A DNA stretch of 64,000 nucleotides from an uncultured bacterium. Lineage in GTDB: Bacteria; Desulfobacterota_D; UBA1144; Nemesobacterales; UBA2774. The notes under the pieces were generated by a model that ran no database searches, was not told the origin of the DNA, and saw nothing but the letters and a program-made list of their open reading frames with translations. This document shows positions 44,445 through 54,755 of the stretch, piece by piece; the first letter of the stretch is position 1, and each line of letters opens with the position of its first letter. Both the position numbers and the translations under genes were made by a program. The stretch spans positions 224,001 to 288,000 of the forward strand of contig CAVPJU010000006.1 of NCBI GenBank assembly GCA_963705505.1. Reading direction: 5' to 3'.

Positions 44445-44837
44445 ATGACAGATCAGGAGCAGCCGCAGGGCGGAGCACAGCAGGGCGAATTCGGCAATAT
44501 AGCGAGTTCGATATTAATGGCTTTTAACCTGGGAGTTTCCTATAACCAGCAGACGGGCGGGATAAAGAGCACGATGGAAGCCGTCGGGGAGCTCGGAAAC
44601 ACGATTTATACCAACCTTGCACAGGCTTACGGAACCCGGTTCCAGGACGATTTCCTGAGAGCCAATACCGAATATTTCCTTCAAATTGCCCTCCTCGGAT
44701 ACATAATACCCTCCGTATGCGCTTACGATGAGGAGTTCAAGAACAGGCTTTTGGATTTAATAGAAATGAGGGCTTTGAAGACGCAGCAGCAAATGTCTTC
44801 CCAGAGCAATCCCGGGGGAAGCATAATAACCCCTTAA
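44445..44837 (+). CDS. Hypothetical protein
   Basis: Strong SD AAGGAGG; 130-aa ORF with Q-rich ends; co-oriented with the nitrilase. Confidence 0.75.
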   Translation: MTDQEQPQGGAQQGEFGNIASSILMAFNLGVSYNQQTGGIKSTMEAVGELGNTIYTNLAQAYGTRFQDDFLRANTEYFLQIALLGYIIPSVCAYDEEFKNRLLDLIEMRALKTQQQMSSQSNPGGSIITP

Positions 44838-44852
44838 TTGACGGTGCCTAAC

Positions 44853-45992
44853 ATGAGCAAGAAAACTCTCGGAGGAAGAGAGAAAGTAAAGGCCGCGGTC
44901 ATTCAGGCTTCTCCCGTCTTTATGGACAAGGGGAAGACCATCGAAAAGGCGTGCGCTCTCATAAGAGACGCAGGAAGGAACCACGCCGAGCTCATCGCCT
45001 TCTCGGAAGCCTTCATTCCGGGCTATCCCGCATATTACACGGTCGGGTACGAAACGCCTCCCCACGAATGGACGGATTACATGATAGCGCTTCAGGAAAA
45101 TTCGGTCGTCATACCGGGCGAAGACACGAGGATACTGGGAGAAGCGGCCAGGGACGCGGGCGCTTACGTCGTCATAGGGTGTAACGAGCTCGACGACAGA
45201 CCGGGGAGCCAGACCGTCTTCAATACACTCTTATTCATAGACAAGAACGGCGAAGTGATGGGGAGGCACAGGAAAACGATGCCGACCTACACGGAGAGAA
45301 TATACTGGGGCATGGGAGGCGCGGGAGACATAAGGGTGTTCGACACCGATATAGGCCGCATAGGCGGTCTTATATGCTGGGAAAACCACATGCCCCTTAT
45401 AAGGGCCGCGATGATTCACAGAGGGGAGGATTTCCATATAGCTGTATGGCCGGGAAACTGGAAAAGGGGTGAAAACCATCTTTTGGATGCGGATACGAGC
45501 CCCGGGGGCGCGCTCTGCAACCTCCAGTCATTAATAAAGGTGCACGCCTTTGAAGCGGGCGCCTTCGTGCTAAGCGGATGCGGATACCTGGACTCGGACG
45601 ATTTTCCCGAAAAGTGGCACTATATAAGGGACGGAGACCACATCAACTACGACTGGGCGCGAGGCGGAAGCTCGATAGTCAACCCTGCGGGGAGGTATCT
45701 GGCCGAGCCCAATTTCGAAAAGGACGCGATACTTTATGCCGAATGCCACGCAAACCAGATAAAGGCCGTCAAAGCGGTCTTCGATTCGCTCGGACACTAT
45801 TCCCGGTGGGACATTGCGCAGCTCGCATTAAGAGATGCATCGTGGGAGCCCGAGACCGCAATGAATAAGGCGGCAGTATATGGCCCTGACCTCCCGGCAC
45901 ACGAGCTCAGGCGAATATCCGAAGAATACGAGATCAGCGTGGAAAACCTTGAATCGCTCCTGGAAGAGATCGGGAGACTCAAAAAAAATTGA
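44853..45992 (+). CDS. Nitrilase (carbon-nitrogen hydrolase branch 1)
   Basis: Catalytic E (FSEA), K (HRK), C (ICWEN); D..GHYSR. Confidence 0.92.
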   Translation: MSKKTLGGREKVKAAVIQASPVFMDKGKTIEKACALIRDAGRNHAELIAFSEAFIPGYPAYYTVGYETPPHEWTDYMIALQENSVVIPGEDTRILGEAARDAGAYVVIGCNELDDRPGSQTVFNTLLFIDKNGEVMGRHRKTMPTYTERIYWGMGGAGDIRVFDTDIGRIGGLICWENHMPLIRAAMIHRGEDFHIAVWPGNWKRGENHLLDADTSPGGALCNLQSLIKVHAFEAGAFVLSGCGYLDSDDFPEKWHYIRDGDHINYDWARGGSSIVNPAGRYLAEPNFEKDAILYAECHANQIKAVKAVFDSLGHYSRWDIAQLALRDASWEPETAMNKAAVYGPDLPAHELRRISEEYEISVENLESLLEEIGRLKKN

Positions 45993-46123
45993 TCCCTCCA
46001 CCCGACCCCTCGGATATCTAAGAACTAAACCCTCTTATTTAATAGGCGGCGTAAACATAAATCCCTTGACACGGATACAAATAAGTTATATAAACCAATA
46101 GGAAACAAAGGTGTTGGCCCGCA

Positions 46124-46378
46124 GTGTCTTTAAAGGAGGAACGGATGATGAATTTCAGGGTGGAGTACGGGGAGTACTCGGCTCAGGAAGCAGTGGACGC
46201 CATACTGGTGATCCTCAAGAAAAACGGGATCGAGATAGACGAGAGAAGCTTCACCTGGACACTCGTAGGCGCTCTCTTTGAAAAGGGTATAATACCGAAA
46301 CGCGAGTTCGAGCGCATATACTTTTCACTTAAGAACCACGAAAATAACGGCAGCAAAACAAAAGAGAATATTATATAA
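46124..46378 (+). CDS. Hypothetical small protein
   Basis: 84-aa ORF downstream of TTGACA-N17-TATAAA (46066-46094). Confidence 0.55.
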   Translation: MSLKEERMMNFRVEYGEYSAQEAVDAILVILKKNGIEIDERSFTWTLVGALFEKGIIPKREFERIYFSLKNHENNGSKTKENII

Positions 46379-46387
46379 GACCTTCTT

Positions 46388-47756
46388 TTATTTAGATAGT
46401 TTAGCCATAGCAGAATTCAATTCGCCCTCTATGAGCGACCTTATCTCCCTGAGCTTTTCACCTGTCTGAGCCTCAAATCTTAAAACAAGCGCCGGCTGTG
46501 TATTTGAAGCCCGGATCAGTCCCCATCCGTCGGGAAATTCGATCCTGACGCCGTCTATGTCGATAATCTTGTAAGACTTTCCGAGTTGTTCCTTCACGTT
46601 ATCCACAACCTTGAATTTTATTGCCTCCGGACAATCGACCCTGATCTCCGGCGTCGATATCGCGGGCGGGATGCCCTCGAGCAATTGAGACAGGTTTTTC
46701 CCCGTCTTCGATATTATCTCGAGCAAACGGAGCGATGCATAAAGGGCATCATCATAACCGAAAAATTTGTCGGCAAAAAAGATATGGCCGCTCATCTCCC
46801 CGGCCAGGGAAGCCTTCTCGATCTTCATTTTATCTTTTATGAGGGAATGGCCCGTTTTCCACATTATCGCCTCCCCGCCGGCCTCGCCTATACCGTTGAA
46901 GAGACGGTTAGAGCACTTAACATCGCCTATTATCTTTGCACCCGGCTTACGGGAGAGAACATCTCTGGCAAAAACGAGCACAAGCATATCCCCCCAGATG
47001 ATATTCCCGTTCTCATCGACGACACCCTATCCTGTCCCCGTCCCCGTCAAAGCCTATACCGAGCGGAAGCTCCCCGCTCTTAACGGTCTCGATCAAGTGA
47101 GCCAGATTCTCCACGACCGTCGGGTCCGGGTGGTGGTTCGGAAACGTCCCGTCGGGAGTTACGTATAATTCAGTCACGTCGCATCCCAACTCCCTGAATA
47201 TGCGCGGCCCGATCAAACCGACCATTCCGTTCCCGTAATCGATTCCGGCGCGAATACCGGGTTTCAGCTCTATATTCTCTATAAGGAATTTAACGTAAAG
47301 CTCCTCTATATCCATTTCCCTGACAGAGCCTTTCCCCAGTGCGAATTCCCCGCCTTCCGCGATCTCCCTGATCTTCTGTATCTGAGCCCCGAATACGGAT
47401 TCCTTCCCGCGGCAGAGCTTTATGCCGTTATACTCACCCGGGTTGTGGCTCGCTGTTATCATTACCCCGCCCCCGACGTCGAGGTTATAAAGAGAGAAGT
47501 AGAGCATAGGCGTCGAAACCATACCTATATCTATTACGTCGATGCCGGTAGAGTTGATGCCTCTCGACATAGCCTTCGCGTATTCGGGCGAGCTCAGCCT
47601 GCAGTCCCTCCCGATCGACACGACCTTCGCGCCGTAATCCTTCATATATGTGCCGTATGCCTTTCCTATCCTCTCGAGCACGTCCGCATTGAGATCATCG
47701 TCGACGATCCCCCTTATATCGTACTCTCTGAATATCTGGGGATTTATATAAGCCAT
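46388..47756 (-). CDS. Phosphomannomutase/phosphoglucomutase (AlgC-like; frameshift near 47025)
   Basis: IFREYDIRG, TASHNP, FPNHHPDP, FDGDGDR, GEMSGH, RASNTQP. Confidence 0.93.
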
Positions 47757-47938
47757 AAAACTATCCTCCGATCCTTTAAGTAAATTGCGATCAGTAAAAG
47801 TAATAAATAATAACACCTATCCGTTTAATCGGACTCTCCAAGCCTATTTAAAAAATAAAGAGATAGATGATACAACAACGAGTGAGCATTTAAAGGTGCT
47901 GCTTGACTTTAATACTACGGCTTTTATTCTTTTTTGCC

Positions 47939-49414
47939 ATGATTTTCCCCTCTTTAGACGAATTCAGGAAAAAATTGAAAAAGGGCAATCTCATCCCGGT
48001 GTGGAAGGAGGTCCTGGCCGACTTCGATACCCCCGTGTCCGCTTTTAAAAAGATTGAATCGGGGGATTACGCATTCCTCCTCGAAAGCGTGGAAGGGGGA
48101 GAGAAGTGGGGCAGGTACAGCTTCCTGGGGACGGAGCCGTCCGTCATTTTCAGATCCAAAGGTAAGGACATCGAGATAACCGAGGACGGAAAATCGACGA
48201 AGAAAAAGGGTGACCCGATAGACTGCCTGAGGGACCTCATGTCCAGGTACAAACCGGTGCCCGCAGAGGAGCTTCCGAGGTTCCACGGGGGGGCGGTGGG
48301 CTATTTCAGCTACGATATTGTGAGGTTCGTCGAGGATCTGCCTGACCTGAACGAAGACGAGCTCAAGCTCTGGGACTCGCTATTCATGATCACGGACTCC
48401 GTGCTCGTTTTCGACAATGTAAATCACAAGATCAAAATCATCTACAACGCGTATGTTTCTCACCCGGAGAAGGCCGAGGACGCCTACAACGGAGCGGTTG
48501 AAAAGATAGAAGAGATAATAAAGAGGCTCAGGAAACCGCTGACCGCTTATAATAATAAGAAAAAGGGACAGAGCGGCGAGCCCGTGCTCAAATCGAATTT
48601 CAAGCCCGAGGACTTCAGGGAAGCCGTAAGGAAAACAAAGGAATACATCACAGCAGGCGACATTATTCAGGCTGTAATATCCCAGAGATGGAAAACCGGG
48701 CTCAGCGTAGACCCCTTTGATCTCTACAGGGCGCTCAGGGTGCTCAACCCCTCGCCCTATATGTTTTATCTGAAGACGGATACAGAAACACTCGTCGGCT
48801 CATCCCCCGAGGTCATGGTGAGGGTGGAGGAAGGAGAAGTCGAAAGCCGCCCGATTGCGGGGACGAGGCCCAGGGGAAAGACAGAAGCCGAAGACCTCGA
48901 GCTCGAGAAAGAGCTCCTTTCAGACCCCAAAGAGCGCGCCGAGCATATAATGCTCGTGGACCTGGCGAGAAACGACCTCGGCAGGATATCGGAGACAGGG
49001 ACGGTCAAGGTCGACGAGCTCATGGTAATAGAGAAGTACTCACATGTCATGCACATAGTGTCGAATGTAATTTCTAAGCTCAGGCCGGATAAGGACGCTT
49101 TCGATGTGCTCAAGGCGACTTTTCCGGCGGGCACCCTCTCGGGCGCGCCCAAGGTGAGGGCCATGGAGATAATAGAGGAAATGGAGCCGAGCAGAAGGGG
49201 AGCATACGGCGGCGCCGTCGGTTATTTCAGTTTTTCGGGCAACATGGACACGTGTATCACAATCAGGACATTCGTGATCAAAGGCGGTGAAATCTTTATA
49301 CAGGCAGGGGCGGGTATAGTCGCCGACTCCGACCCCGAAAGGGAATATCAGGAGACCGTGAACAAGGTCAAGGCGCTCGTCAAAGCGGTCGAGGTCGCAA
49401 AGGACGGACTTTAG
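47939..49414 (+). CDS. trpE: Anthranilate synthase component I
   Basis: FLLESVEGGEKWGRYSF, NPSPY, GSSPE, PIAGTR, EHIMLVDLARND, PAGTLSGAPK. Confidence 0.96.
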   Translation: MIFPSLDEFRKKLKKGNLIPVWKEVLADFDTPVSAFKKIESGDYAFLLESVEGGEKWGRYSFLGTEPSVIFRSKGKDIEITEDGKSTKKKGDPIDCLRDLMSRYKPVPAEELPRFHGGAVGYFSYDIVRFVEDLPDLNEDELKLWDSLFMITDSVLVFDNVNHKIKIIYNAYVSHPEKAEDAYNGAVEKIEEIIKRLRKPLTAYNNKKKGQSGEPVLKSNFKPEDFREAVRKTKEYITAGDIIQAVISQRWKTGLSVDPFDLYRALRVLNPSPYMFYLKTDTETLVGSSPEVMVRVEEGEVESRPIAGTRPRGKTEAEDLELEKELLSDPKERAEHIMLVDLARNDLGRISETGTVKVDELMVIEKYSHVMHIVSNVISKLRPDKDAFDVLKATFPAGTLSGAPKVRAMEIIEEMEPSRRGAYGGAVGYFSFSGNMDTCITIRTFVIKGGEIFIQAGAGIVADSDPEREYQETVNKVKALVKAVEVAKDGL

Positions 49415-49432
49415 GCGATACGGGATGAAAAT

Positions 49433-50017
49433 ATGATTTTGATGATCGATAATTACGATTCGTTTACTTATAACCTCGTCCATTACCTCGCGGAGCTGGG
49501 CGAGGAAGTAGTCGTGCACCGTAACGACAAAATAAGCCTCGAGGAGGTGGGGAAGCTCAATCCGGACATGATAGTCGTATCCCCCGGCCCGTGCACTCCT
49601 AAAGAAGCCGGTATCTCGGTCGACGTTATAAAGGAATTCGCCGGACGCACCCCGATCCTCGGTGTCTGCCTCGGTCATCAGTCGATGGCCTACGCCTACG
49701 GCGCCGATATAGTGAGAGCCGGGAGGCTCCTTCACGGAAAAACCTCACAGATCCACCACGACGGAAAGGGGATATTCAAAGGAATCCCGGACCCGTTCGA
49801 AGCCACGAGGTACCATTCCCTCCTCGTCGATAAAGAGACCCTCCCCGACTGTTTTGAAATATCCGCATGGACGGACGAGGGAGAAATCATGGGGATAAGA
49901 CACAAGGAACATCTGATGGAAGGGGTGCAATTCCACCCGGAATCCATTCTGACGAAATACGGGAAGGACATTCTCAGGAACTTTATCTCGATCGCCAGCG
50001 GAACGAAGCGTGAATGA
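49433..50017 (+). CDS. trpG: Anthranilate/aminodeoxychorismate synthase glutamine amidotransferase
   Basis: [33 protein letters not shown]. Confidence 0.95.
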   Translation: MILMIDNYDSFTYNLVHYLAELGEEVVVHRNDKISLEEVGKLNPDMIVVSPGPCTPKEAGISVDVIKEFAGRTPILGVCLGHQSMAYAYGADIVRAGRLLHGKTSQIHHDGKGIFKGIPDPFEATRYHSLLVDKETLPDCFEISAWTDEGEIMGIRHKEHLMEGVQFHPESILTKYGKDILRNFISIASGTKRE

Positions 50018-50140
50018 AATATCGGGTTTTGTTGATGCCCTTGCCGATACCCTCCCTCGTGTTATGACCCGTTTTTCATGTTGACAAATTAAGAATATTT
50101 CTTTTATATTGCTAAAGCGTTTTTATAAAGCGGGGGGCTC

Positions 50141-51865
50141 ATGCTTTTATTATTCAAGCCGCATGAAAAAAAATACATCGGAAAAGGGATCCTTCCTTTC
50201 GGAAGCTTTGACGACACGTCGGAGTGGAAGCCGATTACAAAATACCTTGAGGCGGGCGCAGAGATGTTTCCCGAAAAAACAATGTTCAGGGTGGCGGACA
50301 GGGACGGGAACCTCAACGAAAGCTTCACTTACGAAGAGACCAATAAATGGGCAAACCGCGTCGCAAACGGCCTGATTAAGAAATACAAAATAAAGAAAGG
50401 GGACAGGATCGGCATATATATGCTGAATTCCTCGGAGTACATAATCTCGATACTCGCGATTCACAAGACGGGCGCGGTACAGGTCCCCATCAATAAGGAC
50501 GAAAAAGGGGACAGACTCGCATACATAATCAATTACTCCGAAATGAAGGCTTTGATTATCGATGAGGAAAGCATTCCGATGGTCGGGCAGATAGCGAATG
50601 ACTTAAAATTACTCAAGCATATCTTCGTCGCGGGCAAGGACGGCGACATCCCAGGCAAAATCGGGAAGATCAAGGTTCTACCTTACGGCAGCTTCGACGA
50701 ATTCCCCCCGGACAATCCCGGCATAGACGTCAAAGTTTCAGATGTCGAGCGCTGTATGTTCACCTCGGGCACGACGGGTATGCCGAAAGGGGTATCGAGG
50801 AACCACGGCGGCGTAATACTGACTGTGCGCGGATACATTCAGCAACAAGGGGTGAGAAGTGAAGACGTCCTCATGAGCGTATTGACGCTCGGGCACGCGA
50901 ACGCACAGGTAATGTGCCTTTTCACTTCAATAGGTGCCGGAGCGACCGCGGTATTCTACCCGCGGTTTTCAGCGTCGAGCTTCTGGAAGTGGGCCGCGGA
51001 ATGCGGAGCCACGTGCGTAAACATGCTCGGGGCTGTAGCGGAGTACCTGTGGGCGGCCGAGCCGAGCGAGTGGGACAGCAAGCACAATGTCAGGATCGTG
51101 CTCTCGGGACCGTCCCCCCGAAACCTGAAGGAATTTCAGGAGCGCTTCAATACCCGTGCTATCGACGGGTATGGGTCCACGGAGATGGGGATGGTGTTAT
51201 GGAACGATCCCGAAGACATGCGGCCCGGCTCATCGGGAAGTCCTATGGAGGGTTACTATGTGGAGCTGAGGGACCCCCAGGACACGACAAAAGTTATGCG
51301 CCCATTCTGGGATCCGACAGAAAGCCCCAGGCCGCCCGACGAAGTAAAGGGCCTTCTCTTTATAAAACCGCTTATACCGCACACCACGCTTAACGAATAT
51401 TTCAAGGACGAAAGACGCACCAGGGAGGCGTTCGACGACGACGGTTTCTTTAATTCTGACGACCTCTTCGCGAGGGGAATCGACGGCAGATACTATTTTC
51501 AGGGGAGGTTCAGCAGGATACGGGTATCGGGAGAGAACGTAGACCCCATTGCGGTGCAGGACCTAGCCGCTCAATATCCGGCGATACAGGAGGCGATTGC
51601 TGTCGGAGTCAGGCTCCCCGACGTTTCAGACGATGAAATAAAGCTGAATATAACATTAAAAAAAGGAGAAGTGTTCGACCCCGAGGAGTTCTCAAAGTGG
51701 ATGGCCGGTATAGCGCCCGTGTTCATGGTCCCTAGGTTTATAGAGGTATACGAAGGCGGGTTCCCCGTTACCACAACACAGAAAATCAGGCTTGCCGAAA
51801 TTAAAGAGATAACCGATAAGACCTGGGACAGGAACAAGACCGGGCTCAAATTCCGCGCCCGCTGA
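50141..51865 (+). CDS. AMP-binding acyl-CoA ligase (CaiC-like), copy 1
   Basis: FTSGTTGMPKG, YGSTE, GENV, QKI. Confidence 0.88.
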   Translation: MLLLFKPHEKKYIGKGILPFGSFDDTSEWKPITKYLEAGAEMFPEKTMFRVADRDGNLNESFTYEETNKWANRVANGLIKKYKIKKGDRIGIYMLNSSEYIISILAIHKTGAVQVPINKDEKGDRLAYIINYSEMKALIIDEESIPMVGQIANDLKLLKHIFVAGKDGDIPGKIGKIKVLPYGSFDEFPPDNPGIDVKVSDVERCMFTSGTTGMPKGVSRNHGGVILTVRGYIQQQGVRSEDVLMSVLTLGHANAQVMCLFTSIGAGATAVFYPRFSASSFWKWAAECGATCVNMLGAVAEYLWAAEPSEWDSKHNVRIVLSGPSPRNLKEFQERFNTRAIDGYGSTEMGMVLWNDPEDMRPGSSGSPMEGYYVELRDPQDTTKVMRPFWDPTESPRPPDEVKGLLFIKPLIPHTTLNEYFKDERRTREAFDDDGFFNSDDLFARGIDGRYYFQGRFSRIRVSGENVDPIAVQDLAAQYPAIQEAIAVGVRLPDVSDDEIKLNITLKKGEVFDPEEFSKWMAGIAPVFMVPRFIEVYEGGFPVTTTQKIRLAEIKEITDKTWDRNKTGLKFRAR

Positions 51866-52112
51866 CCGGGGAACCGACACTTTATACCGTGCGGCGGGTC
51901 GAACGATGAGCGTGATTAAAGAAAAAAATAGTATCCTCCCTTTCAGCATTTTTTCCAAGTTTTATAATCATTTAGTTGATTCACTAAATTTATCGGGTGG
52001 AAAATCCGGCACGAATTATCAGGTTGACAAATTTATCCTATTTTTTTATTGTAATAGAATTAAGTTTCTGAAACTGTTGGAAATCGATTGAGCCACCACA
52101 AGGAGGGTTGTT

Positions 52113-53840
52113 ATGCTTTTATTGTTTAAACCCCGTGACACAAAATATCTCGGTAGCGGGACGCTCCCGTTCGGTACATTCGATGATACATCGGAATGGA
52201 AACCCATTACAAAATGCCTGGAGATGGGAGCCGAAAAATTCCCGGACAAGACCATGTTTCGAGTAGGGAACAGTGAAGGAGAGGTAGCAGAGGGTTATAC
52301 ATACAAGGAAACGAATGAATGGGCCAACCGGGTTGCAAACGGTCTGAAAGACGAATTCGGAGTCAAGAAGGGCGATAAAGTCGGAATGTACATGATCAAC
52401 TGCTCCGAATACGTCGCCTCTATTATCGCCATTCACAAGACGGGAGCCGTACAGGTTCCGATAAATAAGGACGAGAAAGGAGAGAGGCTCGCTTATGTAA
52501 TCAATTATTCCGAGATGGTCGTGCTCATTGTCGATCCCGGGAGTCTGCCCTTCATCGAGGAAATCGCTAAGGATTTAAAGAACCTCCGTATTATATTCAT
52601 GACCGGAGACGCGGCGAAAGTTCCGGCTGAGATAGGAGGCATAAAGACGCTACCCTTTTCTATCTTCGATAAATTCCCCGTTAAAAACCCCGGGGTGAAG
52701 GTAACGACCCACGATATGGAAAGATGCATGTTCACTTCGGGCACGACGGGGATGCCGAAAGGCGTCGCGAGGGATCACGGCGGAGTCGTATTGACAGTCC
52801 GCGCATATCTCCAGCAGCAGGGCGTGAGGAGCGACGACGTTCTCATGAGCGTACTTTCGCTCGGTCACGCGAACGCGCAGGTCATGTGTCTGTTCAGCGC
52901 CATGGGCGCAGGCGCCACAGCCGTGTTCTTCCCCCGCTTCTCCGCGTCGAGCTTCTGGAAATGGGCCGCCAGGTGCGGCGCTAACTGCGTTAACATGCTC
53001 GGAGCCGTCGCCGAATATCTATGGGCGGCCGAGCCCGGCGAATGGGACAGGAAGCACAAAGTAAGGATCATGTTAGGCTCCCCGGCCCCACGGAACCTTC
53101 AGGAATTTCAGGAGAGGTTCGGAGTAAGGGTAATCGACGGATACGGCTCGACGGAGATGGGTATGGTGCTCTGGAAAGACCCTGAGGACCACCGTCCCGG
53201 CTCATCCGGTTTCTCCATGGAAGGATATTACGTCGAGCTCAGGGATCCGCAGGATCAGAGCAAGGTGATGAGACCCTTCTGGGACCCGTACGAAGACCCG
53301 ACCCCGCCGGATGAAGCAAAGGGACTGCTTTATATTAAGCCGCTCGTTCCGCACACCACGCTAAACGAATACTTCAAGGACGAAAGGAGGACTAGGGAAG
53401 CGTTCGACGACGACGGTTTCTTTAATTCGGATGATTTATTTGCGAGGGGGATAGACGGAAGGTACTACTTCGTAGGAAGATTCAGCAGGATAAGGGTCTC
53501 GGGAGAAAACGTCGACCCGATAGCAGTTCAGGATTTCGCAATGCAGTACCCTGTCATACAGGAAGCGGTGGCGGTAGGCATAAGACTGCCCAACGTCTCG
53601 GATGACGAGATTAAGCTCAATATCACACTCAGGCAGGGGGCGAAGTTCGACCCGGTAGAGTTCAGCAAGTGGATGGCGGAAAAGGTTATGGTCGCCATGG
53701 TGCCGAGGTTTATCGAAGTGTATGAGGACGGATTCCCCGTTACGGCTACACAGAAAATCAAAGTTGCGGAGATAAAGGAAATAACGGATAAGACCTGGGA
53801 CAGAAATAAAACGGGACTTAAATTCAGCGCGAGGAAATAA
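52113..53840 (+). CDS. AMP-binding acyl-CoA ligase (CaiC-like), copy 2 (tandem paralogue)
   Basis: Same motifs; long identical peptide stretches shared with copy 1. Confidence 0.88.
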   Translation: MLLLFKPRDTKYLGSGTLPFGTFDDTSEWKPITKCLEMGAEKFPDKTMFRVGNSEGEVAEGYTYKETNEWANRVANGLKDEFGVKKGDKVGMYMINCSEYVASIIAIHKTGAVQVPINKDEKGERLAYVINYSEMVVLIVDPGSLPFIEEIAKDLKNLRIIFMTGDAAKVPAEIGGIKTLPFSIFDKFPVKNPGVKVTTHDMERCMFTSGTTGMPKGVARDHGGVVLTVRAYLQQQGVRSDDVLMSVLSLGHANAQVMCLFSAMGAGATAVFFPRFSASSFWKWAARCGANCVNMLGAVAEYLWAAEPGEWDRKHKVRIMLGSPAPRNLQEFQERFGVRVIDGYGSTEMGMVLWKDPEDHRPGSSGFSMEGYYVELRDPQDQSKVMRPFWDPYEDPTPPDEAKGLLYIKPLVPHTTLNEYFKDERRTREAFDDDGFFNSDDLFARGIDGRYYFVGRFSRIRVSGENVDPIAVQDFAMQYPVIQEAVAVGIRLPNVSDDEIKLNITLRQGAKFDPVEFSKWMAEKVMVAMVPRFIEVYEDGFPVTATQKIKVAEIKEITDKTWDRNKTGLKFSARK

Positions 53841-53877
53841 GCGCGATTAATATTCAAATATTCCGCATCGCCTTTTA

Positions 53878-54339
53878 ATGACATACACCGACGATGAGAA
53901 ATTCATGCGCCTGGCTATTGAACAAGCCCATATAGCCGGGCGTATGGGCGAAGTGCCCATCGGGGCTGTCATAACCGATAAATCCGGCGGGATCATCTCT
54001 ACCGGATATAACCTCCGTGAAGCCGCAAACGACCCCACGGCTCACGCCGAAATAATAGCCATAAAAAAAGCAGGTGAAGCACTCGGAAGCTGGAGGCTCG
54101 AGGGTACTACCATATTCGTTACTGTAGAGCCCTGCCTGATGTGCGTGGGCGCTATTATACTCGCCAGGATAAGCCGTCTCGTATTCGGCGCGCGGGACCC
54201 GAAAGCCGGGGCCGTGGTTTCGGTTTATACTATTGGGAACGACTGCAGGCTAAACCATAAGTTCGAGGTTAGCGAAGGCATTTATATGGACGAGTGTTCA
54301 AATCTGATAAAAGATTTCTTCAAAACTCTCAGGAAATAA
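53878..54339 (+). CDS. tadA: tRNA adenosine(34) deaminase
   Basis: EVPIGA, DPTAHAE, EPCLMC, DPKAG, LNH. Confidence 0.95.
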   Translation: MTYTDDEKFMRLAIEQAHIAGRMGEVPIGAVITDKSGGIISTGYNLREAANDPTAHAEIIAIKKAGEALGSWRLEGTTIFVTVEPCLMCVGAIILARISRLVFGARDPKAGAVVSVYTIGNDCRLNHKFEVSEGIYMDECSNLIKDFFKTLRK

Positions 54340-54350
54340 TAGAACCCATC

Positions 54351-54668
54351 TTACTTCTTCCCGCTGAAAAAGCCGAGCACATCGGATATAACGCTCTTGT
54401 CTTCCGTCCCCGCAAGCTTTTCGAGCTCCCCGTTATCGAGCCAGACACCGCCGCAGGTGCTGCACCTGTCGATCCTTATCCCCCTGAATACCACTTCATT
54501 GAGATTCCCGCCGCATTTGGGACACTTCATATAACAGAAAGTCTTTACTCTTTCCCTTTCCTCTACCTCGGTCTCATGCTTGACCTTCTCTTTCAATCTC
54601 TTCGATTTCTCAGCTTCCTCTTTGGCAAAATACTCATCTTCTGTTTTTGAAGGCTTTTCTTTTGTCAT
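54351..54668 (-). CDS. zf-TFIIB-like zinc-ribbon protein
   Basis: EDEYF N-terminus; CPKC...IDRCSTCGGVWLD.GEL. Confidence 0.85.
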   Translation of the reverse strand: MTKEKPSKTEDEYFAKEEAEKSKRLKEKVKHETEVEERERVKTFCYMKCPKCGGNLNEVVFRGIRIDRCSTCGGVWLDNGELEKLAGTEDKSVISDVLGFFSGKK

Positions 54669-54755
54669 TTCATTCTCCTCTCGATACGGTTTGGATTACA
54701 AGACGGAAATATAAATCATAGGATAAAGACTCCTTGACCGGGACTGAAGACTCGA

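Noticed and set aside
46066..46075. TTGACACGGA shared with the promoter at 60185
   Set aside because: Only 4 bases beyond the -35 consensus; plausible by chance.
46599..46607. TTATCCACA DnaA box
   Set aside because: Single copy inside the PMM coding sequence; no cluster.
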